Source of the DNA: Fibrobacteria bacterium
GTDB taxonomy: Bacteria; Fibrobacterota; Fibrobacteria; UBA11236
Reading direction: 5' to 3'
DNA: 64,000 bases
NCBI GenBank assembly: GCA_041746255.1
Contig: JBGTHM010000023.1
Span: forward strand, 15,640-79,639
Within the stretch, counting starts at the first letter, position 1. Every line of letters begins with the position of its first letter. The notes beneath the pieces are model-generated. The model had not been told where the DNA came from and searched no databases. It saw only the letters and a list, made by a program, of their open reading frames with translations. Both the position numbers and the translations under genes were made by a program. Below, one piece after another: positions 30,044-40,277 of this stretch.

Positions 30044-30837
30044 TTAAGGATATGGCAAAGGGAATCCGGAAGCGCACTCGGCCCTTGCCCCGAGGCCTTC
30101 GCTGCGTCAGCCCCGACATCTTTCGGACGCTGCAATTCTCCCCTGCTTCCTTTTCGGTTTCGGGCCCATCCCGGAAATACCGCGCGGCGGTCTTTCTCCT
30201 TGCCGCCACCGGTTCAGCCATTCTGGGGTGGGCCTTCTCCCTTGACAAGCAGCTGGAAACGACGACTGCGGAGAAAGCCGATATCGTAGTCTTCACCGAA
30301 GAAATCGCGCTTCCCGAGCCCCCTCCTCCGCCGCCACCTCCTCCCATGCCGCCTCCACCACCCCGGACGCCGCCTCCCGATCCCATCCAACCTCCCGAGC
30401 CTGAAATTGTTGCGGCGGAAGAGCCGACTCCCGTTTTCGGGATTCAGGAAGAAGCATTGAGCGAAGCGGGAAACATGGCGGTTGCCACCGGTAATACCTT
30501 GATGATGCAAGCCGACAGCTTGGTGCAAGCGGCTCCCCCCCCCTTACCCGCCGCTCCGCTTTTCTCCGAGCGTCCCCCGCGTATGCTGAAGGGCGTCTCT
30601 CCCGAATATCCCCGCCGCGCATTGAATTTTGGTCTGGAAGCGACGGTGATCGCTCTCATCACCATCGATAATACCGGCAGGGTAACCCAGGTGGAAATCG
30701 AGAAAAGCGGCGGCCGCGATTTCGACCGCAACGTGGAAAAGGCCGCGCGCCGAGCCTTGTTCGAGCCCCCCGTGAAAGAAGGCAAGCCCATGGCGGCGAC
30801 CTTCCGGCAGCCTTATGAATTCAAGCTCGAGGGCTGA
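30040..30837 (+). CDS. tonB: TonB energy transducer
   Basis: TM anchor, poly-Pro linker, PEYP...C-terminal TonB domain. Start uncertain. Confidence 0.88.
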   Translation: MIKDMAKGIRKRTRPLPRGLRCVSPDIFRTLQFSPASFSVSGPSRKYRAAVFLLAATGSAILGWAFSLDKQLETTTAEKADIVVFTEEIALPEPPPPPPPPPMPPPPPRTPPPDPIQPPEPEIVAAEEPTPVFGIQEEALSEAGNMAVATGNTLMMQADSLVQAAPPPLPAAPLFSERPPRMLKGVSPEYPRRALNFGLEATVIALITIDNTGRVTQVEIEKSGGRDFDRNVEKAARRALFEPPVKEGKPMAATFRQPYEFKLEG

Positions 30838-31160
30838 AATTTGTCCGGTTGTGGCTGAACTCCGCGTTTTTCGGGATAAACCCGCCTGAATTCCCCCTTA
30901 TACAATCCAACTTTTCCGCGCGCCCCGTTAAGCTTGGCGAACCGGAAATTCAATCGCAAATTCCTTCCACATGGGACGAGGCTCGGAGGTACATTAGTGA
31001 TCTGTGGTACAGATTTGCAGATGTTTTGAGCCAAACCTTAAAACAACGATGAACAGCGGATTTTTTTGGTCCTTGTATAACATGAGGCTCAATTACGCTG
31101 GCGCTGCGACGTCCACTTTTAGATTGTCGTTGTTTTAATTCCAGAAAAAAGGAGAAAGCC

Positions 31161-31586
31161 ATGAAAAAACTCGCTGCAATACTCACTACCGCTCTGGCTT
31201 TGGTTGCCTGTGAATCCGGAACTTCGACCGATTTAGGACAACCGGAGAAAATAGTCATCGAATTCCAAGAAGCGTCTCCATCTTTGGTTGTAAGCCTAGA
31301 TACAACTGGGCAATATTCAACCGTGCGCCATACAAAAGGGGACGGAATGAGAGTTATCGTTTGCCAGGACTTTGCAAATATTGATTCGGATTATTTTCAG
31401 CAGCTTCGAACCTTAATTCAGAATGAAGACGAAAAATCGAATGCCATTGCCGTACTTTTTGACAGAACCGGAAAGAAAGTCAACTCCGCCAAGATCAAAA
31501 TAGAGGCCGGCGATGACTCCAAATCCTTGAATAAAATTTTCGCATGTCCGCTTCCTAATTCGGTTCCGAGAATATATCGAAAATAA
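31161..31586 (+). CDS. hypothetical lipoprotein
   Basis: AAGGAG RBS; MKK...LALVA|C lipobox; AT-rich. Confidence 0.75.
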   Translation: MKKLAAILTTALALVACESGTSTDLGQPEKIVIEFQEASPSLVVSLDTTGQYSTVRHTKGDGMRVIVCQDFANIDSDYFQQLRTLIQNEDEKSNAIAVLFDRTGKKVNSAKIKIEAGDDSKSLNKIFACPLPNSVPRIYRK

Positions 31587-31775
31587 AAAGGAATAGAACA
31601 GAAGAGCATCATCTCCTAAACAAGTCAATCCACTTCGCACTACCACGATCGTTGTAAGTGATATTACCTTGAAGTGTCGTCCATCGAAACACTCGATTCC
31701 TCCGGAAAATCAAGCTGGATTTCGAGCGATGAGAGAGGCAATGGAATTACCTGACCATTACGCGCACAGGTTAAA

Positions 31776-32255
31776 ATGGTAAAAATCGTACTCATTATTG
31801 CAATTTCAGTCGTTTCTGCAGCGGCCGAGATCAGAGTATATGGCTTTGCCTCTGTTGGAGAGGCTCCATTCCAACCCAGCTATGATATGGGAGGTTCGGG
31901 TCCCTTGCCGCAATTTGGGGTAGACATGGAATTTGGCGCCACATACCTTTCTCCATATTCAAAATTCAGCATTGGAAAATACAATCATGGATTAATGATT
32001 GAAAAATATCTTGGAATACAAATTGGCTTACCCGTATTCCAAATAAAGCCATCCATTACCTTTGGAGTGGGGGTACAATCATTTAATCGAAAACGGTTCA
32101 CGCAAGGAAACGAGTACACGCTTATTCGTGAAACCCATACTCCATTTGGATTTGGGGCGAGAATGGATGTGATGGGGAAATTATATGGAGAGTGGGACTG
32201 GAGAATTAATGGGTATCCATGGTGGAAAATCGAGATAGGTTATCGATTATTTTAA
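31776..32255 (+). CDS. hypothetical small outer-membrane beta-barrel protein
   Basis: Signal peptide, alternating hydrophobic strands, terminal IGYRLF; AT-rich. Confidence 0.65.
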   Translation: MVKIVLIIAISVVSAAAEIRVYGFASVGEAPFQPSYDMGGSGPLPQFGVDMEFGATYLSPYSKFSIGKYNHGLMIEKYLGIQIGLPVFQIKPSITFGVGVQSFNRKRFTQGNEYTLIRETHTPFGFGARMDVMGKLYGEWDWRINGYPWWKIEIGYRLF

Positions 32256-32640
32256 ACTATGGATTTAATACCATGTATTGAAATAGGAGGAAATTTTATA
32301 GGTGTAAAAATATTTTTTATGCCGATAGTATAATAGCCGCCACCACAAAAATGTTCAAGACCTTACTAGATAAGCTGCCTATATAAGAACCGTTCGAGAG
32401 CAGCTTCATATGCGGAAAGCCTTGTAATAATTGAGGGATCGCTTTGCGGAGTTGCCCTTTTCGTGGGCGGAACCATTTGGCATTTCAGACGTTTATCCAA
32501 TGCAGCGGATGCCCACAACGCCAAGTACCGGAAAGCTCGTATTCAATCACCCCATCCCACATCACAGCCTCACCTACACTGGATGCGAAAAACAGGGCCA
32601 TGGGAGTGCGATTTGCGTTGCAATATTGAATATGCATCAA

Positions 32641-34398
32641 TCACCTATGGAAAAAGACCTGCTTGGCCGCCACCCCGCCATCCTTATAATAGAGTGCTAA
32701 AACTTGGATACCCGGCAGGATGTCCCCCTTCGCGACATTCACGATGCGGGAAGTACCGAGTTGGTATTTCCGGGCAATTTTTCCATTAGCATTGAAAACC
32801 ACCAGTTCGGAGAACTTCCCTTCCGGCAATTCCAAGGCATAACGGTTCGGCAGGCTCGTAATCCCTATCCGGGAGTTGAAGCCTTTCTGCATAGCCCCTT
32901 GTAGAGCCGTTGGAAAAGCACGAGTCTCCTCGGAAATTTGGTTCAATGTGTACCAGGCCTGTCCCGTCCAGATCGGCTGGTTTTTCTGGGATAGAATATC
33001 CCGGTGGAATTGAAAATCCACCACGCGGCCCTCGAGCAAACCATCAACGGCCAAGTGGACAAAGGTCCGGGAAGCATCGACGGTTATCGCCTTTACGGAC
33101 AGCGGGACATTATCAATTTTGGGTCCGCCATATTCTTTGGTGGGTACGTACCGCCAATGCCGCAGACGGTAATGGTCCGGGTCCTCGGCGGAGGGACCTA
33201 CGGGCTGGGTGAATTTCAGGGTGAATCCGTCGGCCCGCGAAAGTATTTCCTTCACCTCGAAAGCGGTTTCTCCGGTGAATCTGGCAACCTGCATGCCGTA
33301 GAACTTGCCATTCGCATTCCAGGAATTGATTCGACTCCCCAGACCGCCGAAGAGAATATCGCCGTTGTCATCTTGCAGAAGGCGATGTACGCCGCATGTC
33401 AGACCGCCGGTAAAGTGGAACAATGCGCCCTGGTATTCCCCTTTCACCTTATCCAAGGAAACCCGGTTGACGAAACTCTGGACATTGTCGCCAATCAGGA
33501 ACTGTCCCGCATAGGGGCCTTTAGACAGCAACATGGGTTGGGTGGGGGATTTGGATGCTTCCGTATGAGGCATCCACACCGCCGGCGGGGACTCTACCAG
33601 GGCAGGATCGCCCGTTTCCACCGGTTGCAATCCAAAAAACCGTTTATTCGTGACATGGATCAACTTACTGGAGGGTAGCCAGGCTCCCTGGTTATCCGTG
33701 ACGAAAAGCGAGCCGTCCGGACCCCACCCAAGACCATCGGGAGTGCGAAGGCCGGAAATCAGATATTCGATGGACTTATTCGAGACATTGATTTTGACCA
33801 CGGTACCGCGCTCCTTCATTATCGGGTAGCTGGGAAACCCATGAGCCACGGTTCCGGAAGGGAGAGCCACGTAGAAGAAGCCATCCCGGTACTTCAGATC
33901 AGTGGAATAATGGTTATAGGTATAGGAATCTTCCCGATGGGGAAACTCGACCACCGTTTCAATCGCTTCGGCGACTCCGTCCTTGTTCGCATCCACCATT
34001 TTGACCAAAGCGTATTTCATGGCGACATAGACTTCGCCATCGACAACTTTCACTCCCAATGGTTCCCTCAAAGTCCCTTGGTAATATTTCTTCAGGGTAG
34101 TTTTGGATTTGTCCCGGGACTTTACTCCCTCCATCATCCAAATTTCTCCGGAGGGTTTCGCGGGAGGATTCCAAATCCAGTGAGTGATTACGATCTTATC
34201 GTCGGTGACCCAATCCCACGCTCCCACTGTAACCGCCAGGTTGGCCGGCGCAATGTCGATCAACTCGATTCCGGGATTTTGGGCTTTTACTCTAGCCACA
34301 TGACCAAAGGCTTCGGGTGCGGCCCAGGCCTTTTGCCCCAGAGCGCTATTGACGGAAACGATGCCGACGGATAGGATGAAAAGCAACTGTTTCTTCAT
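32641..34398 (-). CDS. secreted beta-propeller protein (PVC-type dehydrogenase-like) with T9SS-like C-terminal domain
   Basis: LREPLG, DANKDGVA, GLRTPDG, TDNQGAWLPSSK, SPTQP; tail VFNANGK...LPGIQ. Confidence 0.75.
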   Translation of the reverse strand: MKKQLLFILSVGIVSVNSALGQKAWAAPEAFGHVARVKAQNPGIELIDIAPANLAVTVGAWDWVTDDKIVITHWIWNPPAKPSGEIWMMEGVKSRDKSKTTLKKYYQGTLREPLGVKVVDGEVYVAMKYALVKMVDANKDGVAEAIETVVEFPHREDSYTYNHYSTDLKYRDGFFYVALPSGTVAHGFPSYPIMKERGTVVKINVSNKSIEYLISGLRTPDGLGWGPDGSLFVTDNQGAWLPSSKLIHVTNKRFFGLQPVETGDPALVESPPAVWMPHTEASKSPTQPMLLSKGPYAGQFLIGDNVQSFVNRVSLDKVKGEYQGALFHFTGGLTCGVHRLLQDDNGDILFGGLGSRINSWNANGKFYGMQVARFTGETAFEVKEILSRADGFTLKFTQPVGPSAEDPDHYRLRHWRYVPTKEYGGPKIDNVPLSVKAITVDASRTFVHLAVDGLLEGRVVDFQFHRDILSQKNQPIWTGQAWYTLNQISEETRAFPTALQGAMQKGFNSRIGITSLPNRYALELPEGKFSELVVFNANGKIARKYQLGTSRIVNVAKGDILPGIQVLALYYKDGGVAAKQVFFHR

Positions 34399-34613
34399 TT
34401 CCGCTCCCCGGGATTGGCAGTACGCAAAAGCCTTTTATTATGTTTCAAACCACCGAATTCGGCACTACTGGTAGCTTAAAGATAATCCTTTTTGCTCGGA
34501 AATCAGTCCATTTCATGCCCCAACTGAAGCGAGAACCGGCTAAACCTCCTGCCCTTTTATTGCTACCAAAGGAACTGTAGCACAGTCGTAATTCAACCTA
34601 CGGGAGCCCATCC

Positions 34614-35906
34614 ATGAGGAAATCCATGTCACGAACCGCCGCAGAGGCCACCTTGGCCCTTGGCCTTACCCTTTCCGCGGTTGGCGCCCAACAAACCCCC
34701 TTCGGTATCAACGGACCCCTCAAGGTTTGCGGCACCCAACTCTGCAACCAATATGGCCACCCCATTCAGCTCCGGGGCATCAGCACCCATGGTCTGCAAT
34801 GGTATCCCTGGGGCGACTGCCTCAAGGAGGAGTCGATGCAATCGTTGGCCACGGATTGGGGCGCCGACGTCGTGAGGGTGGCCATGTATATGCAGGAAGA
34901 CGGGTGGACCACCGACAAACCCAAATATACCGCCATGGTCGATCAAGTGATCGAGTCCGCCACGGCCAAAGGGATGTACGTCATCATTGATTTCCACCAG
35001 CTTTCGCCCGGCGACCCCAACGGCAATTACGACAATGCGGTGGAGTACTTCAATATCATGGCCGCCAAACACGGTTCCAAAGGAAATATCCTGTACGAGA
35101 TTTGCAATGAACCCAACGGGGTGAATTGGTCGTCCATCAAACAATACGCGGATAAAATCATCCCGGTCATACGTAAGCTCGACGCCAAGAGTCCCATTAT
35201 CGTCGGTACCATGGGCTGGTCATCGCTGGGTATTTCAGGCCAGGGACCCTGGACGGACATAGTGGCTAACCCCGTTTCAGATCCGAACGCCATGTACACT
35301 TTCCATTTTTACGCCAAAAGTCATGGTGATAATTACCGCAATACGGTGCGAGCAGCTTCGGAAAAATTGCCTATTTTCGTCACCGAGTTCGGCACCCAGG
35401 AATACACCGGCGACGGTCCCAACGATTTCGGCAGCTCGCAGGCGTGGCTCGACCTGTTAGCCGAAAAGAAAATCTCCTGGGTGGTCTGGAATTTCTCCGA
35501 TGATTTCCGATCCAGCGGCTTACTCAACGAAAATGTCTGCCCGAACGGTCCCTGGACGGGCGGCGCGCTGAAGGAGTCGGGCTCCTGGATACAGGCGCGC
35601 ATGAAAACGCCGGACAATTTTCCCGCTTCGTTAAAACGCGGACAATTTCGGCAGGGATCCGCTCCCCCCTTCGCCATGGCCAACAGCCTGAACGTGACTA
35701 TGCTTCCGGGAGCGATCCAAATTGACGTCAATCTCTCCGGCGCTTATTCGGTAGAGATACGCGCCTTATCCGGACGGAGAGTCGCCCATACCAAAGGCAA
35801 GGGCCCCCGCAGCTTCACTTTGGAACAGGGTGGAATCGTTCCGGGTACCCATGTCGTCGAAGTTCGCCAAGGGAAAAAAGAACCTCCACTTGCGATGGTA
35901 TTCTAA
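34614..35906 (+). CDS. glycoside hydrolase family 5 endoglucanase (cellulase)
   Basis: LRGISTHGLQW, YEICNEP (acid/base), TFHFYA, IFVTEFG (nucleophile); C-terminal sorting-like domain. Confidence 0.93.
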   Translation: MRKSMSRTAAEATLALGLTLSAVGAQQTPFGINGPLKVCGTQLCNQYGHPIQLRGISTHGLQWYPWGDCLKEESMQSLATDWGADVVRVAMYMQEDGWTTDKPKYTAMVDQVIESATAKGMYVIIDFHQLSPGDPNGNYDNAVEYFNIMAAKHGSKGNILYEICNEPNGVNWSSIKQYADKIIPVIRKLDAKSPIIVGTMGWSSLGISGQGPWTDIVANPVSDPNAMYTFHFYAKSHGDNYRNTVRAASEKLPIFVTEFGTQEYTGDGPNDFGSSQAWLDLLAEKKISWVVWNFSDDFRSSGLLNENVCPNGPWTGGALKESGSWIQARMKTPDNFPASLKRGQFRQGSAPPFAMANSLNVTMLPGAIQIDVNLSGAYSVEIRALSGRRVAHTKGKGPRSFTLEQGGIVPGTHVVEVRQGKKEPPLAMVF

Positions 35907-35983
35907 AGTTGTAACGTGTAAAATATTCTGCGGAGTACCGCATTGCACGTTTTACCGCCGAATCCATTGGCAAGGATCACTAC

Positions 35984-36334
35984 ATGAACCCGATAGTCCC
36001 TACCGTCTCGCTATTGGTATTAAGTAATATTTTCATGACCTTCGCATGGTACGCCCACCTGAAAGAATTGAACCACAAGGCGTGGATAATCGCCGCCTTG
36101 GTCAGTTGGGGGATTGCCCTGTTCGAATATCTCCTGCAAGTACCCGCGAACCGCATCGGCTATACCGTGCTTTCGGTGGGACAGCTGAAAATCCTTCAGG
36201 AAGTCATCACCTTGAGCGTCTTCGTTCCGTTTTCCATCTGGTATCTTAAGGAGCCTCTGAAACTGGACTACCTCTGGGCGGGGATTTGCCTGGTGGGGGC
36301 GGTTTTTTTCATGTTCCGGGGAAGATTCGCTTAA
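35984..36334 (+). CDS. DMT-family small membrane protein (DUF486)
   Basis: SNIFMTFAWYAHLK...SWGIALFEYLLQVPANRIG...QLKILQEVITL. Confidence 0.92.
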   Translation: MNPIVPTVSLLVLSNIFMTFAWYAHLKELNHKAWIIAALVSWGIALFEYLLQVPANRIGYTVLSVGQLKILQEVITLSVFVPFSIWYLKEPLKLDYLWAGICLVGAVFFMFRGRFA

Positions 36335-36366
36335 ATTCACCGAAAAATTTCTTCCAAATTCACCCC

Positions 36367-36415
36367 TTGCCAAATATTTCCTCGCTTATCTAAATTGAGA
36401 CTCATTCTCATATTA
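36367..36415 (+). promoter_or_regulatory. promoter plus palindromic operator (motif A, copy 2)
   Basis: TTGCCA(36367)-N18-TAAATT; TAAATTGAGACTCATTCTCATATTA (36391-36415). Confidence 0.75.
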
Positions 36416-36452
36416 GGGCTTCCCAGAAGAAACCCAGGAAGAAGGAGTATCG

Positions 36453-36815
36453 ATGCAATCCGAAAAATTCCCAGAGGGAAAGGACGGCTTCCTCTACGAA
36501 ATGGGACCAGGTAAGATTTTCTATTGCGCCTGCTCCGAAAGGGTAGTCCTGGAATATAAGGAACACTTTCTGGTTTTTCGAAAACCCATGTTCCGATATT
36601 TTCTGCAGGACTTCGGTAAAGTGTTGCGGTGCCCGGCGCTGCGGCAATGCCTTTCCCAATCCGGAAGCCTGGAAGTGCAAGGGTATAACGGCCGCATCTC
36701 CCTATCGGTAAATCTTTCGGAAGCGACCGAACTTTTCAAACTCTTGGATACGACTGCGCTTTATCTGGAGGCCCACTCGCCTGCGGGCCAACCATTTCAC
36801 TCGGGAACCAATTGA
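36453..36815 (+). CDS. small Cys-containing hypothetical protein upstream of TonB receptor
   Basis: AAGGAG RBS; FYCACS and CPALRQC. Confidence 0.75.
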   Translation: MQSEKFPEGKDGFLYEMGPGKIFYCACSERVVLEYKEHFLVFRKPMFRYFLQDFGKVLRCPALRQCLSQSGSLEVQGYNGRISLSVNLSEATELFKLLDTTALYLEAHSPAGQPFHSGTN

Positions 36816-36832
36816 GACTGAGTCTTATTTTT
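36808..36832 (+). promoter_or_regulatory. palindromic operator (motif A, copy 3)
   Basis: AATTGAGACTGAGTCTTATT overlapping the stop codon of the small ORF, about 55 nt before the TonB receptor start. Confidence 0.7.
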
Positions 36833-36885
36833 ATTTAAATACAAATACCCTATCTTTACTCTTTCCATTAACTCAGGAGACATCC

Positions 36886-39015
36886 ATGTCATCGCCTTTA
36901 TTAAAAAACCTTTTCCTTTCAGGCCTGATATCCTGTTCAATAAGTGCGGCCGCCTCGGAAATTACCGCTGCCACCGAGCCGATGCCCACCGATTCCCTCC
37001 ATCTCAACGATAGTTCGTCTCCAGCGACGGTAGAGCTGCGAAAAGTCGAAGTGGTAGGCCGCGAAAGGCGTTCCTATAAAAGCGACTATTCCTATGGCGC
37101 CACCAAAATGCCCATGGCTTCTAAGGACATCCCCCAGTCCATTTCAACGGTGACCAAGGAACTAATCCAGGAACAGGGCGCATTGCGCATACACGACATC
37201 GCCAACAATGTCGCCGGCGTCAACGTATTCTCCACCTACGACGACATCGTCCTACGCGGATTCCGGAGTTGGGGAATGGGCCTCATCAATGGACAGAAAG
37301 TTCCAGGTGGCTGGTATCCGCCCACCTTGCGTGGCATTGAGCGCGTAGAGGTGGTTAAAGGTCCGGCCTCGGCCCTTTTCTCCAATGTGGTTCCCGGTGG
37401 CGTAGTCAATTATGTCACCAAAAAACCCCTGGCCGCGCCCTATCGTGAAGTGAATGTGGCTACCGGAAGCTGGAACGCCTACCGGGCCGCCACCGATTTT
37501 TCCGGTCCGCTGAATGAAGAGAAGTCGGTGCTTTACCGGCTCAACCTGGGCTATGAAAATGCCGAGTCTTTTCGCAGCCAGCGTTTTGATCGCACGCTAT
37601 TCGTTTCACCCAGTTTCACGGTACTTCCCGACGAAGCGACCCTGCTCAATGCCGAAATCACCTGGACTCGACATCTCTCCGTTTTGGATAGAGGCATGCC
37701 GTCCACCGAAAACGCGAAATTCCCGGATATGCCCATCGGACTTTCCGTAAGCCAACCCGGCGATTTTATCAATAGCGACAGACTTTGGTTCAATATTTCC
37801 GGTTCGCGCAGCTTGGGCGATGTTTCGCTTAACGCCAGCTATCTGGGCTCACGCCTCGATGGTCACCAACAGGAACATGGCTTGAACGAATACATCACCA
37901 ACGATTCCGTCTCCCTTTATTTCAACGATCGTCTACAAGGAGGAACCAGCCACGGTCTCAGCCTGTATGCCGACTATTCCGTCACAACAGGTCCCATCCG
38001 TCACAATCTCCTGCTTGGCTTCGACATGAACATGCAACAGGATTATTCCACCGAGATCTATAACTGGGACAGTGTCGGCACTTTCAGCCTGCGCAACCCG
38101 ACGTATTCGCGGCGTCCGATCTGGAATTATGAATTATCCGAAAACCCCCTGGGCCAATGGGATGCCGTCACCCGCTCCTACGCCGGATATGTGCAGGACC
38201 TGTTGGAATGGGATCCCTTCAAATTGCTCATCAGTTTGCGGCAGGAATGGTATTCCCAGAAGCCGGTCAACGAAAGCTATCCAGAGGCCGTCACTCCGGC
38301 TTTCATTCCCCGGGTGGGCCTCACCTATGCGGCCATAGACGATATCAACCTGTACGCGACTTATGCTACCGGATTTCAACCCGCGGAAGGCTGGTTGCAG
38401 AATCCTCAATATGGCGGTCCCTTCGAAACGCCCGAAACCAGCGAAATGGCGGAAGCCGGAATCAAAAGTGAATGGCTTAATAAACGCTTGCTGACCACTC
38501 TGGCTGTTTACCAGATTGAAAAAAACGATGTGGTGACTTGGGCTAATGATTCGGATAATCCCGACCTTTACCGGCAAGTAGGCCAAATTCGTTCGCGGGG
38601 ATTCGAAGCGGAAATGACAGGCAAGATTCTTCCCCAATGGGACATCTCCTGGAATTACGCTTTCAACGATGCGGAAATCACGGAGGATACCGACCCTGAA
38701 AATGTCGGCAAACCCTTCGAAAACGCACCCCGCCACGCTACCGGCCTGTGGACGAATTACCGTCTCCCGTTCGGCGTAGGAATGGGCGTCGGGTATGAAT
38801 ACGTCGGCGAACGTTATACTTTCCGGGACGGCTTCATGCTGCCCGAATATGGAGTCTGGAACGCTTCCCTAAGCTACCGGTCCGGCCCCTACACTATCGG
38901 CGGCAAGCTCAACAATGTGCTTGACGAAAACCATTGGACGGGCGGATATTATCCCGGCCGTACCTTCCCGGGCGCGCCGCGCAATTGGCTGGCGCAAATG
39001 AGTTACAACTTCTAA
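36886..39015 (+). CDS. TonB-dependent siderophore-type receptor
   Basis: Plug (DIPQSISTVT, LRGF, IERVEVVKGPASAL...PGGVVNYVTKKP); terminal PGAPRNWLAQMSYNF. Confidence 0.95.
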   Translation: MSSPLLKNLFLSGLISCSISAAASEITAATEPMPTDSLHLNDSSSPATVELRKVEVVGRERRSYKSDYSYGATKMPMASKDIPQSISTVTKELIQEQGALRIHDIANNVAGVNVFSTYDDIVLRGFRSWGMGLINGQKVPGGWYPPTLRGIERVEVVKGPASALFSNVVPGGVVNYVTKKPLAAPYREVNVATGSWNAYRAATDFSGPLNEEKSVLYRLNLGYENAESFRSQRFDRTLFVSPSFTVLPDEATLLNAEITWTRHLSVLDRGMPSTENAKFPDMPIGLSVSQPGDFINSDRLWFNISGSRSLGDVSLNASYLGSRLDGHQQEHGLNEYITNDSVSLYFNDRLQGGTSHGLSLYADYSVTTGPIRHNLLLGFDMNMQQDYSTEIYNWDSVGTFSLRNPTYSRRPIWNYELSENPLGQWDAVTRSYAGYVQDLLEWDPFKLLISLRQEWYSQKPVNESYPEAVTPAFIPRVGLTYAAIDDINLYATYATGFQPAEGWLQNPQYGGPFETPETSEMAEAGIKSEWLNKRLLTTLAVYQIEKNDVVTWANDSDNPDLYRQVGQIRSRGFEAEMTGKILPQWDISWNYAFNDAEITEDTDPENVGKPFENAPRHATGLWTNYRLPFGVGMGVGYEYVGERYTFRDGFMLPEYGVWNASLSYRSGPYTIGGKLNNVLDENHWTGGYYPGRTFPGAPRNWLAQMSYNF

Positions 39016-39017
39016 TC

Positions 39018-40232
39018 ATGCTTAAGCTCAAACGTTTTATCGGCCCTCTGCATTTATGGGTAGGCCTCGCTTCCGGGGCTTTCGTCTTCATCATTTCGCT
39101 GGCGGCCGCTCTCTTCGTATTCGAAAAGGAACTTACGGACCTTTTCCATCGCGGTACGGTTTTCATTGAGCCGTCGGAAGCGCCTCCCCTACCCCTGGCG
39201 GAACTTTTCGCCATCGCCCAGGCCGCCGTTCCCGACGAACCCGTGCACTCGGTGGATTGGGAAGGGGGCAGCCGGGCCTACATGTTCACCACCTGGAAAC
39301 TTAGCGACAAGTGGGGATGGACGTTCTGGTCGGAATACGATCATTGGAAGCATATCTACGTGAACCCGCATACGGGAAAAGTCCAGGGTATAGTGAATCA
39401 ATTATATAACCCTATTTATCTGTTCCGGATGCTCCACCAGCAATTATTGCTTCGCTATGAAATCGGCCACCATATCGTGGCCGTATCCACATTCCTGTTT
39501 TTCGGAATGATTCTATCGGGGCTGGTGCTTTGGTGGCCCCGTAATAAAGCGGCATTGAAACAGGGCCTTCTCATCAAAACCAAATCCGGAAACCGGCGGC
39601 TCAATTATGATCTACATCGGGTGGGCGGCCTTTACGCCTACCTTTTCGTCCTCTTGCTGGGGGCTACGGGTCTGGTCTGGTCTTATAAGTGGTGGACCAA
39701 CGGAATTTACCGGTTGTTGGGACAGGACCCGGCCACCGTGTTCGAAAACTCCAAGCCCCCACCCCTGCCGTCGGCGGAAGGAGAAATTCACAACCCGCTC
39801 GACCTTGCCTGGTTGGATATGCAAACCCGCCGACCCGACTGGAACCATCTTTCCTTGAGCCTGCCGGGCGCCTGGGGAGGCGATGACAAAGACTTATACG
39901 CGTACCTGCGCTTTGACGGTAGCAATTCGGGTTGGGATACCTGGGATGAATACCGTTATCACCCCCAGACGGGTGAGGCTTATCACCAATTCGTGCATGA
40001 GGAAAAATCGATCGGAGAAAAGTGGCGCAATTCCAATTACGCCATTCATGTGGGTAGCATCTACGGTTGGCCTTCCAAAATCCTGGCCTTTTGCGTTTCG
40101 CTGTTCGCGGCCAGTTTGCCGGTGACTGGGTTTCTCATCTGGAGGGGCCGGAGCAAGAGGCGCGGGAATGCCCGGGCACAAAGCCCCAGGACAGCCTTTC
40201 AGGCGCTAACTACTGCCCGAAAATCTGTGTAA
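39018..40232 (+). CDS. PepSY-associated TM-helix protein
   Basis: LHLWVGL, YVNPHTG, LH, SGLVLWWP, YDLHRVGG, IHVG, TGFLIW. Confidence 0.92.
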   Translation: MLKLKRFIGPLHLWVGLASGAFVFIISLAAALFVFEKELTDLFHRGTVFIEPSEAPPLPLAELFAIAQAAVPDEPVHSVDWEGGSRAYMFTTWKLSDKWGWTFWSEYDHWKHIYVNPHTGKVQGIVNQLYNPIYLFRMLHQQLLLRYEIGHHIVAVSTFLFFGMILSGLVLWWPRNKAALKQGLLIKTKSGNRRLNYDLHRVGGLYAYLFVLLLGATGLVWSYKWWTNGIYRLLGQDPATVFENSKPPPLPSAEGEIHNPLDLAWLDMQTRRPDWNHLSLSLPGAWGGDDKDLYAYLRFDGSNSGWDTWDEYRYHPQTGEAYHQFVHEEKSIGEKWRNSNYAIHVGSIYGWPSKILAFCVSLFAASLPVTGFLIWRGRSKRRGNARAQSPRTAFQALTTARKSV

Positions 40233-40241
40233 TTTTATATC

Positions 40242-40277
40242 TTGACTGGATATTTACACAATTATATGCTTAATAAA
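40242..40277 (+). promoter_or_regulatory. sigma70 promoter, probably leaderless
   Basis: TTGACT-N17-TATGCT ending 6 nt before the ATG; no SD. Confidence 0.6.

Noticed and set aside
30311..30400. CCN-rich simple repeat
   Set aside because: Encodes the normal proline-rich TonB linker.
36335..36885. Cobalamin or other riboswitch before the TonB receptor
   Set aside because: No recognisable riboswitch motif; the space is filled by a small CDS and operators.
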